DNA of 58,576 nt from Nemertoderma westbladi (GCA_032718475.1 JAUCBJ010008113.1:1-58576), one strand, 5' to 3'. Shown: positions 34,801 through 44,230, counted from the first letter of the stretch. The notes: generated by a model not told the origin, from the sequence alone. A program made the numbers and translations.

Positions 34801-37800
34801 GGTACACACAGACCTCCGGGTGCGGTTCCGACAATCAGCCGAGTACGCCCCCCTCATACAATTAGACCGAGACGATGTAGACCTGAGGTGTCCGCAGTTG
34901 GACGTGAACCGTATCACCCTACTGATCGGACTTGATACACCGGAACTACACATCCCCACCGGAGATATCGCTCGATCTATAAACCAGGATGATGGATTTT
35001 ATGCTGAACGAACAATAATGGGATGGACACTCTGCGGCATTAAGGAGGAAACTACGGACACCTATACCTACCTTCCTAAATGTCAGATTAAAGAGAATGT
35101 AACCTCTGTGGGTTATTGCTCAGCCTCAGATCTTGACGAGGATTTGTTTCTGGAAACCGAGAAAACCCAACGAGAGATGACGAAATATTTTAATTTGGAG
35201 ACCCAGGAGTTCGCGGAAAAGGACGAAAACCCATCCGAAGAGGACCAATATTGTATGGACGTTCTCGACCAGGCCACGTTTAAAGACGGACATTGGTGTT
35301 CACCTATGTTATGGAAGGACCCAAACAAACCAATGGCAAACAACGCCAGCATGGCACTTAGGCGACTTAAAGGGATTCTACGTCGGCTGAATGACCAACC
35401 CGAGATAAAGGAGAAGTATAACACCGTAATCCAAGGATATCTCGATGATGGATTAGCAGAAATGGTACCACGGAACGAACTGCAAGGTGGTAAAAGAACA
35501 TATTATCTCCCGACCCACTATGTAGTAGAAGCCCGCAAAGGTGGGAAAATCCGAGTGGTAAATGATGCTGCCGCTATATACCAGGGCGAATCCCTAAACA
35601 GTCAACTTTATATGGGACCCAACATATATAGCACACTCATCGGCGTATTGATCAGGTTCAGGGAAAACCGGGTAGCATTCACCTGTGACATCAAGGCCAT
35701 GTTTCATCAAGTTCGTACATTACCAAGAGACTCGGACTGTCTACGTATCCTATGGACGGATAAAACGCTTACTCAACAGGAGATTAGCCAACTCACGATA
35801 AAGGACGTAGACGTAATGCGTATGGTCGTCAGGATCTTCGGCGCTAAGGACTCGCCGGTAGCATGCAGTGACATGCTAAAGAGGACGGCAACCATGTGCG
35901 AAAACGAGTTCCCTCCAACCGTCATAGAAACCATTCGACGATGCTTCTACGTGGACGACGGATGCGCCGGCGCGGATAATGTAGATGAGGCGTATCAGCT
36001 AGCAATGGGGATGGTAGAATGTCTAAAGAAAGGAGGGTTTCCACTCGTGAAGTTCAGATCCCATGACAAAACACTTATGGAAAAGTTTCCGGAGGACATC
36101 CGGCTGGAAAATAACAAGATGTATTCGGAGGATGTGGAACATCGTGTACTCGGGATTGAATGGGACATAGAATCAGATGAATTCATCTTCAAATATAAAC
36201 CCCTACCCAAGCCTATGACAAAAAGGGGATGTTTCTCGATAAAAAGTGCAATCTTCGACCCACTAAATTTCATATCTCCAGTAACCTTGGCCGGAATGAA
36301 CCTGATTAAGGAAATGTGGATAGAAGGACTGGGATGGGACGAAGAGCTTCCCCCATACCTTAGCGTCAAATGGAGAAAATGGACGGAGCAGCTCGAACAC
36401 CTACATCTTATGCGGATACCTAGACCGTTCTTCCTCGATAAACTGCCCACCGATATCTTCCAGCTCCACACCTTTTCGGATGCTTCAAATACCGGAATCG
36501 GCGTAGTAACCTTCTTACGGAGACTAAGTAGCGATGGAAACGGCGACACAAGCTTCTTATTCTCCAAAGCAAAGACAGTATCCGGGGAATTCGTAGCAAC
36601 GATTCCGAGACTCGAGCTACAAGCTGCAGTTTGGGCAGTAAGACAGAATCGCATGGCCATGCGGAACCTACGGATCCCCATAGAATCTCAACACTTCTGG
36701 GTAGATTCGAGTATAGTTCTCTATTATCTCCACTCTCCATCACGGCGTCACACCACGTTTGTTGCAAACCGAGCCACAGAGATTAAACAGTGTACCGGCC
36801 GAGAACAGTGGCATCACGTAAACGGGAAGGAAAACCCAGCGGACTTATCAAGCCGAGGCGCCACCCCAAAACAACTCGGTAAAAGTAAACTCTGGCTTAC
36901 AGGCCCGGAATTCCTACGGCAGCCACAGTTAACATGGAGTACCCGATTCGACCCCGAGCTCGATAGCGGAAAATACTCCGAGGACGATAAAGAGATCCGT
37001 AAAATCCATCGAAGCAACGCGGTGGAAATTTATAGTTGTCTGACTGAGCCTGCAAAGGACTCGGGCAGGCACTATAATGTCGCGACGATCACCCAACTAG
37101 CGGCGTCTTTACATCGGTTGATCGAGCGAACTTCATCCATGAGACGGCTCGTCCACCACGTTATAACCCTTCGTAACTTCCTACGGTGGAAAAACATCAA
37201 ACCGATAGTTCAACGGAATATACAAGAACTTATTATCGCGGAGAAGTGTATTGTTAGATATGTCCAGAAAGAAAGTTTCCCCGATGAATGGGAACAACTT
37301 AGTGCGGGCAAAACATTGAAACCGGACAGCCCAGTCTACCAACTGAGACCAATGATGGGAGAGGACGGACTGATCCGACTGAATACCCGGATGGCAAACG
37401 CCCCGGTCGAATATGAGGTTAAATACCCGGCGCTTCTGCCCGGAACGTCGACACTAGCTAAGCTATTAATTCTACAATGTCACGAGGACAACCACCACGC
37501 AGGACAGAATTGGATTATAGCTAATATAAGACAAAGATATTGGATCACCCACATCCAGCCACTGATCCGGAAAGTGTTGAAACGTTGTTTCACCTGCAGA
37601 CGTTACCTAGCGCCACCAATCACCCAAAAGATGGCCGACTTACCAGCCACGCGTCTACAAGCGGATTCCCCACCATTCTACGTCACCGGAGTGGACTGTT
37701 TCGGACCATTCACGGTTATTGAACGACGATCCAACATCAAATGCTGGGGAGCCATCTTCACCTGCCTAAGGTCTAGGGCAATTTACCTAGATATCGTGGT

Positions 37801-38653
37801 AAATCTGACACAACACGCATTCATCAACGCTCTGCGTCGGTTCGTGGCGAACAACGGGACATGCCGCCACATGTATTCCGATAATGGTACAAACTTTGTG
37901 GGAGGAGAAAGAGAACTTAGAGAGGCGATCGAGGGATGGTTTACCGATAACACTGCATCCCAAGTCTGGAAGGAACACCAGATACAGTGGCACTTCCAGA
38001 CCCCCTTAGCACCCCATACGAGCGGGGTATGGGAGAAACTGATCGACCTAGTGAAACGATCCATGCGCGTCGCTCTCGGCGATACCCGGGTAACCCATGA
38101 CACCCTCCGCACAACATTCTGCGAGATCACGGCTACCCTGAACAACCGACCCATTGTTCCTATCCGCGACGACCCCACAGACCTGGAACCCCTCACTCCT
38201 AACCACCTACTGGGGAGACCCAAAACCCACCTCCTCCCGGAAACCATGTTCCCGGATCCCAACGAGATCGCGAAACATACAAACTGGAAAAAGGCCCAAG
38301 CGTTGGCAGCGCATTGGTGGAGAATTTGGGCCCAGGAATACCTCATAACCCTCCGGACCAGGAGGAAATGGAACAACACCTACCGGAACGTCGCAGTTGG
38401 CGACATGGTACTAGTTAAAGAAGACCTCAAAGACCGCGTTCACTGGCCTGTGGCGCGGGTCGTGACCATACACCCAAGCAAAGACGGACTTGCGAGGACT
38501 GTGACGATACGAACGAAATCGGGCCACTACCAACGCCCCATCCAAAAGCTGTGCCTTCTTGAAGGCAATGACAGTGGTGATTCTACAAGAGGTGATAAGT
38601 TCCCTACTACGGATCCTGCTGCAGACATCGGTGACAATGACAAATGCGTTTAA
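31811..38653 (+). CDS. BEL/Pao gag-pol polyprotein, 2280 aa, intact
   Basis: Gag (TFEGDPVDY...), knuckles CLFCGEKHKVEFC, CFRCLGTGHYVREC, CAVCNDQRHHTLLH; protease AFLDNGS; RT FYVDD; RNase H LHTFSDAS; integrase HEDNHHAG...CFTC, GVDCFGP, SDNGTNF, GVWEKLI. Confidence 0.98.
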   Translation: MTTNNVSDTDEMDHHTDSEADEVPNVKNMTRRLGALKGGVTRAYQRMEKQLKGVKTPLNEVQTQLQSIRNILQRYERMIQAYQELVPPTDQENYPKLEEHVVHLDGFRKQHRRALSLVRGYEEQYYKRADAESVRSSSIRTAVHRKRTGSARNQHSSARSEISGSARSSQGAPPLRDQLRERKALALKARMEDEYIQLQAEQDVLAAETQKREAEQAAERQAEQREQEAEQHRREAERQAEQREQEAEQHRREAERQAEQHRREAERQAEQREQEAEQHRREAERQAEQREQEAEQHRREAEQHRREDERQAEQRKQEAEQRGREAEREIEQRKWEAEMRKQHAEAQAILIHKKNADIAKLAEYEAALIERDIQLYEDWERDIDQEYEPIPVPELEKSFTPTAAKPPKPEIPPTKQSTLSAQAPVFHPPPATLKNEEPYFPSNTTTASVPKYEPEKDSERDATPRSNNLFTSTPQTRSRVIIKTPPIIDPSSMGVSANNYNPPSHSSSDDVSIIRALENRLAMPKMEIRTFEGDPVDYLRFKKRFFAQIGSTDIADAQKLVYLSQYLGDKPRRIVACFEGGSHEAYYDAWKTLDKRYGNTGTIINKTLERLIQDAGSLGDPQNIQEFSDSMKDAYYTLKPLNKEDQVNNILNLRQIARKFPGWLQSKWAYKCVDLRCRHPDRDPSFLEMSAFLDDISEAMNDSMFSKQSLAKLDGIESNSRSKITPPKPRFRPPPVSTMAITMAEDSDDEDYEEPTSAEEWACYLASWAPEREGITNSLLCLFCGEKHKVEFCRKFQFAELVPRFEAIMKHRGCFRCLGTGHYVRECDQRSCCAVCNDQRHHTLLHIPANFDFTTLPFRIEARRRGETNHVSKGTRTTQRRETNPFKIYTDTPQVTNISATINLINRRYMVFAKVIPVRIQGVGKSLTTLAFLDNGSDGTIIDRDFLEQLGLEYEPCKRPIQTITDNKEVESGEVQLQMEGVMKGYETAKLTIKNALVHTDLRVRFRQSAEYAPLIQLDRDDVDLRCPQLDVNRITLLIGLDTPELHIPTGDIARSINQDDGFYAERTIMGWTLCGIKEETTDTYTYLPKCQIKENVTSVGYCSASDLDEDLFLETEKTQREMTKYFNLETQEFAEKDENPSEEDQYCMDVLDQATFKDGHWCSPMLWKDPNKPMANNASMALRRLKGILRRLNDQPEIKEKYNTVIQGYLDDGLAEMVPRNELQGGKRTYYLPTHYVVEARKGGKIRVVNDAAAIYQGESLNSQLYMGPNIYSTLIGVLIRFRENRVAFTCDIKAMFHQVRTLPRDSDCLRILWTDKTLTQQEISQLTIKDVDVMRMVVRIFGAKDSPVACSDMLKRTATMCENEFPPTVIETIRRCFYVDDGCAGADNVDEAYQLAMGMVECLKKGGFPLVKFRSHDKTLMEKFPEDIRLENNKMYSEDVEHRVLGIEWDIESDEFIFKYKPLPKPMTKRGCFSIKSAIFDPLNFISPVTLAGMNLIKEMWIEGLGWDEELPPYLSVKWRKWTEQLEHLHLMRIPRPFFLDKLPTDIFQLHTFSDASNTGIGVVTFLRRLSSDGNGDTSFLFSKAKTVSGEFVATIPRLELQAAVWAVRQNRMAMRNLRIPIESQHFWVDSSIVLYYLHSPSRRHTTFVANRATEIKQCTGREQWHHVNGKENPADLSSRGATPKQLGKSKLWLTGPEFLRQPQLTWSTRFDPELDSGKYSEDDKEIRKIHRSNAVEIYSCLTEPAKDSGRHYNVATITQLAASLHRLIERTSSMRRLVHHVITLRNFLRWKNIKPIVQRNIQELIIAEKCIVRYVQKESFPDEWEQLSAGKTLKPDSPVYQLRPMMGEDGLIRLNTRMANAPVEYEVKYPALLPGTSTLAKLLILQCHEDNHHAGQNWIIANIRQRYWITHIQPLIRKVLKRCFTCRRYLAPPITQKMADLPATRLQADSPPFYVTGVDCFGPFTVIERRSNIKCWGAIFTCLRSRAIYLDIVVNLTQHAFINALRRFVANNGTCRHMYSDNGTNFVGGERELREAIEGWFTDNTASQVWKEHQIQWHFQTPLAPHTSGVWEKLIDLVKRSMRVALGDTRVTHDTLRTTFCEITATLNNRPIVPIRDDPTDLEPLTPNHLLGRPKTHLLPETMFPDPNEIAKHTNWKKAQALAAHWWRIWAQEYLITLRTRRKWNNTYRNVAVGDMVLVKEDLKDRVHWPVARVVTIHPSKDGLARTVTIRTKSGHYQRPIQKLCLLEGNDSGDSTRGDKFPTTDPAADIGDNDKCV
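32447..32810. repeat. Coding tandem repeat in element 3 gag (AEQHRRE / AEQREQE / AERQ units)
   Basis: gaggccgaacaac... units of 21 and 12 nt, frame preserved. Confidence 0.9.
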
Positions 38654-38926
38654 ACCCTTCTCATCATGTTGACAAACTCTTATAAAACTGTGATTTATCG
38701 ACAACGAATTATGGACCCCCTTTAAACCAACTGTAACCACGCATGGTATTTGTGTTTCCTCGTGTGTTATGTGGAGTCCAGCATCACCCTGCAGATGTTT
38801 CGACTGACGCAGGGTCGTTTATGTATTGTTTACCCTGATTTTGGTCATCAGGACCTACGATATTGGATTATTGGAAATGGAAGAGATTTGAAGTGGAATT
38901 CATTGTATTCATCGCAGTATGTTATG

Positions 38927-39348
38927 TTGTCCGTTACGTGCGCAGTTCGGGGCGTAGGCGGTGTAACGAGTCCAGCTGTAGATCCCGGATTGCCGCGCAA
39001 CACCCCCTCTTTCCCGTTATTCTGGTGGGTCCATGGTGCATCCACATGACTTCGACGATAGAGGGTTTTATGTTTCTCAGTCGCGTTATTCTGGTGGGAC
39101 CGTTGCGTGGATTTTGGGGCGTAGGCGGTGTAACGAGTCCAGCTGTAGATCCCAGAATGTTGCGTAACCCCATCCCACATGACTTCGTCGACTGAGCTTT
39201 ATGTTGTTGGGAGTGTTATTCTGGTGGGTCCCTGGTGCATCCACGTGACTTCACTCCCAGCGTCTTCATTGTCCGTTACGTGTGCAGTTTGGGGCGTAGG
39301 CGGTGTAACGAGTCCAGCTGTAGATCCCAGATTGCCGCGTAACACCCC
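38927..39348 (+). repeat. Three copies of a ~75-nt structured repeat, with interleaved subrepeats, between pol and ORF2
   Basis: ggggcgtaggcggtgtaacgagtccagctgtagatccc at ~38949, ~39116 and ~39291. Confidence 0.9.
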
Positions 39349-39901
39349 TTCCACGACAAAGATTAACCAAAGAAAATGATTGAATATAGTTGGAAACGAT
39401 GAAAAGGATCAGACAACTCTACTATAAACCTGAATGATGACGCGTATGCTGATGAAAATGTAATGATGCGCACCCTGGTGCTGCGCTTATAACAATGATG
39501 ATAGCCGGGGGGCTATAAACCCAATGATGATGTGGAAATAAATAAATGTGAAATAAATGGTGGAAATAAATGTGTTGAAATATATGTGGAAATAAATGAA
39601 ATGAGATGAAATAATAATGAAATGAAAAAAGACAAAAAAAGGTATAAAAGAGGTCAAAGAAAAGAATTGGAAAAAAAAAAGGACAAAAAAAAAAGTCATA
39701 AAAAACTGGTTGGATATTATGTATAGCTATAGTAACTGTAAATGCTGAATGTATTAGCAATAAGATGATAGATGCCTATATAGCAATGTTATTAATAAAC
39801 TGAATTAAATAAAAAACTGAATTATTCTGCTATCGCTATAGTTTCAGACTTTCTGGACTTATAATTAACTGATCTAATTTGTAACGGATATAATCGTAAA
39901 T

Positions 39902-42502
39902 ATGGACCCAAATCGCCAAATTATCGGCGAATTACGTAACACGATAGATCTACTGGAATATTCGCAACCCGGATCCCCTGACTTTGATACAAACTGGAGC
40001 ACCCTGCTAAATGAGAACGTGCGAGTCATTAAATTCACCGGGCGAGAGGGACCGGATTCTAAGAATCTACGAGCCCTCCGGTTAGCCGATGCTAGTACGA
40101 GACTGAAAAGAACTCGGAACGCAAAGGCAACCGGAGGAGACGAGTCGTCGTTCTGGGAAACGTTCCGGCAGAGCGTCTACAGAGCCCGATGTTTGATCTA
40201 CGACAATGAGGGAAACGCGACGCCCACCTCGAAAGCGATTACGTTGGCGAGATGTCAAAGTTTCGTCGACGACAAGAGTACGTACCTCGCCCACTGGGGA
40301 AACCTGTCGGAGTGTACGGCGACGCTTCGAGAGGAACGCGTATCGATTATCCAGAACCGCGACGACTACCAGGAAAAGTACGGGGCGAAAGAATATGGTC
40401 GATCCTTAGTCGTCGTCCTCGGAACCCTGGACGGTTTGGTACTGGTGTGCCGAATATTCCCGACACCCAGACAGGAAGTGCAGGCAGCCGGAGCTATCTG
40501 GTTGCTGCCTCCGGAAATCCAAAAGATCCTCTTCGACTTCGACGTCATTAAAATCGGGTCGGATATCAAGGCGGACGTCCGGAACGACTACGCGAACGCT
40601 CCTGCAGGAAGAAACCGACGAAACGACCTCAACGCACTTAGCCATTGCATCGACACTCAAACGCTGCTAGCCTGGTTAAGATTCGCCGAATTCATGCGAG
40701 GATTCCAAGAAGTGAGACCGACGAAATCCGGGATCGGCTACCTCGCTGTGCTAAACGGCGGTATCGACTTCAAACCCCAGAAATACCGGGACTATAATAA
40801 AATATACAGCGGATACCCGGGATTAGAGATAAAGAGCGAGCGAGAGGGTCGATGGAAGGACGTCGATCGGAAGTGGACGATACACCAAAGGTGGGAGAAT
40901 CCCGATCGACGGAGCTATATCTACGTCGTTATGGAATGCTACACCGTCGCTAAGTTTATCTGTAGAACTCTCGATAACCTTATTACGGCGGTCCCCCTTT
41001 CCTTCGTCGACTACGACTGGAACGAGGTTATAAACCACGCGTTTAAAGCGGTCGAGAACATTACACCGGGAGAATCGAAAACACCCGCCGTTATCGATTC
41101 CTGGGACGAGAGCGGACCTTACGACATCCCTACGATTACCGAACTTCTCGGTGCGGAGGAGCCTCTGATCTCTTCGGAAGGGGAAGAGATATGGCTAAAC
41201 GAGGGTGTTCTACTCTCCACCCCGAAGCGACAACTCGAGCCGGAGGCCGCGTACGGACCGGCCGCCAAACGGGTTGCCTCGGCCGAACCGATGAAGAGAG
41301 CAGGCGTCTACACCCCTCGCGGCTCCGGTAGCCCCGCGAGAGAGGTAGCCACTACAGCTGCATTGAGCGACTTCGGCGACATATGCCAACGGTTATCCCC
41401 GTATCCTTTCCCGGGTGGCGAAGATTGGTCGTCGGAGATTCCGAGTACCAGCCACCAACGGACTCGCTCAGCGATACTGGTCGAGGAAGGACCCAGCGAT
41501 GCGCCGACACCCGACGATCTCCTCGGTATCCCTCCGTCGAAAACCCCGGCACCTCTTCGCCGACCAGCGGTGGCTACTACACCCGCCGTTCCTCAGGACC
41601 CTATGCGACTAACCCGTTGGTACGCCGAGCAAACTGAATGGATCCACCGCCAGAAACGGTCATCCGAGCTGAGACCAGCGGGACACAAAGAGGGTTATCG
41701 AAGCGAGAACATACTACGCAAAAGCCTAGCATTCCGCGGGCTACCGACCACCGAGAATATTCCGAAGAGCGACCGACGACTCGAATACTACGCCGGCGTC
41801 CCGATTCCGATATTCCCCGGTCGAGAGATGCAGTTGGAGGTATGCGGCGACTGCGGTTCGGAGCAGTGCCCACGCAGCAGAAGGAATCGGGTTACCGATT
41901 CTTGCCTCCAGCTCCTCGGGATACTCTATTGCCCATACTGCGCGATATCGGGCCACGACGTTTCGGTCTGTCCGATCCTTTATAACCTCTGCACCACGTG
42001 CGGTTTCCGTGGACATTCCGCTAGCCCCCGCTGCTATATCAAATGTCCTACCAAAGACGTAACCGCTATGGGCAATATGGTCATGTTTGAGACATACGCA
42101 AACAGCCACTTAAAGACCAAGTTTCGGAGAAACGCTCGGAATATCGCGCAGGAGATGGCGTGCGGATATTTCTCCTTCCCGGAACGCCTCCACACGTCGG
42201 CCACGCTACCTTTCCATTACGTGGATCTGCTACTAAGCGCTGGATTATTCGGCCCATTCGAAGTCATTAGACGATTATACTCGTATAAAGAGGAGTTCGG
42301 TGACGGAGAATGGTTCCTAGAGGCACGCAACTCCGAGTTGGAAAGACGAACCGACATGATCCCGATGCCTTCGAAAGGAAGAGCCGCCAGGAGACAAGCC
42401 AAAGCGTTACTCACGATGGATGTGGACGCTCCTCTACCAGCCATAGCGATCGATGAGAGTCGACGGGCGAAGAGACGAAAGGCGTATCAGAGAAAGAAAT
42501 AG
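39902..42502 (+). CDS. Element 3 accessory ORF2, 866 aa: DEDDy-like 3'-5' exonuclease, disordered linker, Cys/CCHC zinc knuckles, basic NLS-like tail
   Basis: IYDNEG (D101, E103); LPPEIQKILFDFDVIKIGSDIKAD (D225); CIDTQTL; SGIGYLA; QRWENP...YVVMEC (Y341, E345); CPYCAISGHDVSVC and CTTCGFRGHSASPRC; ends RRAKRRKAYQRKK; no signal peptide or TM segment seen. Confidence 0.85.
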   Translation: MDPNRQIIGELRNTIDLLEYSQPGSPDFDTNWSTLLNENVRVIKFTGREGPDSKNLRALRLADASTRLKRTRNAKATGGDESSFWETFRQSVYRARCLIYDNEGNATPTSKAITLARCQSFVDDKSTYLAHWGNLSECTATLREERVSIIQNRDDYQEKYGAKEYGRSLVVVLGTLDGLVLVCRIFPTPRQEVQAAGAIWLLPPEIQKILFDFDVIKIGSDIKADVRNDYANAPAGRNRRNDLNALSHCIDTQTLLAWLRFAEFMRGFQEVRPTKSGIGYLAVLNGGIDFKPQKYRDYNKIYSGYPGLEIKSEREGRWKDVDRKWTIHQRWENPDRRSYIYVVMECYTVAKFICRTLDNLITAVPLSFVDYDWNEVINHAFKAVENITPGESKTPAVIDSWDESGPYDIPTITELLGAEEPLISSEGEEIWLNEGVLLSTPKRQLEPEAAYGPAAKRVASAEPMKRAGVYTPRGSGSPAREVATTAALSDFGDICQRLSPYPFPGGEDWSSEIPSTSHQRTRSAILVEEGPSDAPTPDDLLGIPPSKTPAPLRRPAVATTPAVPQDPMRLTRWYAEQTEWIHRQKRSSELRPAGHKEGYRSENILRKSLAFRGLPTTENIPKSDRRLEYYAGVPIPIFPGREMQLEVCGDCGSEQCPRSRRNRVTDSCLQLLGILYCPYCAISGHDVSVCPILYNLCTTCGFRGHSASPRCYIKCPTKDVTAMGNMVMFETYANSHLKTKFRRNARNIAQEMACGYFSFPERLHTSATLPFHYVDLLLSAGLFGPFEVIRRLYSYKEEFGDGEWFLEARNSELERRTDMIPMPSKGRAARRQAKALLTMDVDAPLPAIAIDESRRAKRRKAYQRKK

Positions 42503-42658
42503 TAGATCGGGATATTCCAGGAACACTTATCGAACATTTATTTTTATACAAACTCTAGGCCAAATTAATTAAAAACTATGCAATATTAAATTTGGGTTTT
42601 TTATATTGGGAATGACCTACGCAAACTCAATCGACCGACAGACTTCACGAAGGTCATT

Positions 42659-42667
42659 GGGGGGGAC
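42659..42667 (+). promoter_or_regulatory. Polypurine tract of element 3
   Basis: G-run plus ac directly before the TGT of the 3' LTR. Confidence 0.85.
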
Positions 42668-44230
42668 TGTTCGCGGTATTTCAACTTTCCATAACGCGAG
42701 TTGAATATTTTTGTATTTTATTAAAATTGATTATTCCGATATTACTACTGGATGCGGGACCATGGGTTTTGGGCACATTCAATAAACTGGGGGCGATTTA
42801 TGGGCGAACTTTGGGGCAACTTACAGGGTACGGGAATAATTTCATAGTTATAAGGGCCAGGGGGGATGGAAAATGCAAGCAGTATTCAGGTTAGCCTGAG
42901 TACTATTAGGCCCTGGCCAACTTCCTGCTGCCCGTAGGGGTGGATTTGGTAATGCGCCAGGCCTAAAGGACAAGGACTGCCCTTAGCGGTCCCTGGCCAA
43001 CAGCAGCCATTACGAGACTGAAAAGAACTCGGACCGCTGACTGCTTGTGTCAGGGATTTGCGACGGGCACCGACGGCCCCTTAGTAGCCAAGCCGTTCTG
43101 GTTCTCGATGATCGAACCCCGGGGTTCGTGAGGGGTGGAGCGGACACGCGAACAGGTGGCCAACTAACGACTGCCCCCTGACCTAAGCCGTACTGGTTCT
43201 CGATGACCGATCCCTTTGGGGTTCGTGAGGGGTGGGACGGACATGCGAAAGGGCTGGCCACAGGACAGGTTTGACAAGGACTGCCCTTAGCGGTCTCTGG
43301 TCAACGGCAGCTACTACGAGCCTGAAAAGAACTCGGAACGCTGACTGCTTGTACTGGGATTTGCGACGGGAACCGACGACAGACCCCTTAGCCAAGCCGT
43401 TCTGGTTCTCGATGATCGTTCCCTTCGGGGTTCGTGAGGGGTGGAGCGGACACGCGATGGGGTCGAAAGACAAAGGACTAGACTCGACTAGACTCTACTG
43501 GCCTACCGACTGTTCGGAGCAGTTTCTCGGCTGCCGAAGCGACTACGAGCCTGAAACGGACTCGGAAAGCCTAGGTGGTTGGGTTTCTGTGATGAACTGA
43601 CGGACCCCTAGCCAAGCCGTTCTGGTTCTCGATGATCGAACCCTTCGGGGTTCGTGAGGGGTGGAACGGACACGCGAACGGGTCCACCGACACGACAGAC
43701 TCCTAGCCAAGCCGTACTGGTTCTCGATGACCGAACCCTTCGGGGTTCGAGAGGGGTGGTACGGATACGCGACAGAGTCTACCGACTGGACCGACCCTTA
43801 GCCAAGCCGGGCTGGTTCTCAATGATCGTTCCCTTCGGGGTTCGTGAGGGGTGGAACGGACACGCGACAGGGTCGACCGACACCGACACTACGGCACTAA
43901 GACTGGGACCGAGGGAAAATCTGGGGAACATTAGGTAGGCTAAAATTCTGAGCGAACAGTGGGTTATTAAATAATATACCGTAGGGATTTATATTATCGT
44001 GTATAATTATTGTGAATATTTGGTGTATATTGATTTGGGGAAGCCCAAAATTATTCTTAATCAAGGTTCAACAGAGTTCAGTTACATTAAAGAGTATATC
44101 CAACTAATGCAGCTTTTCTCAACCGCAAACTTGCATCTCAGAAATATTCCCTCCCCACAATCAATATCCGGTGACTGGCCGGGTCTCCAGCATCGGCGTT
44201 TTCCCCCCTGGTGTAGGAATAACGGCAACA
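42668..44230 (+). repeat. 3' LTR of element 3 (1563 bp; 6 internal repeat units)
   Basis: Same termini as the 5' LTR; followed by the TSD ATTTA. Confidence 0.96.

Larger units (their letters stand above)
30192..44230 (+). mobile_element. Intact 14.0-kb BEL/Pao LTR retrotransposon, element 3
   Basis: TGT...ACA LTRs, TSD ATTTA (30187-30191 and 44231-44235), two uninterrupted long ORFs. Confidence 0.97.

Noticed and set aside
38927-39348. HDV-like or twister ribozyme in the intergenic repeats
   Set aside because: P1/P2-like pairings exist, but there is no room for P3/L3 and no recognisable catalytic residues on either strand.
39902-42502. ORF2 as a retroviral-type Env
   Set aside because: No signal peptide or transmembrane segment seen; it has nuclease-like motifs, zinc knuckles and a basic tail instead.
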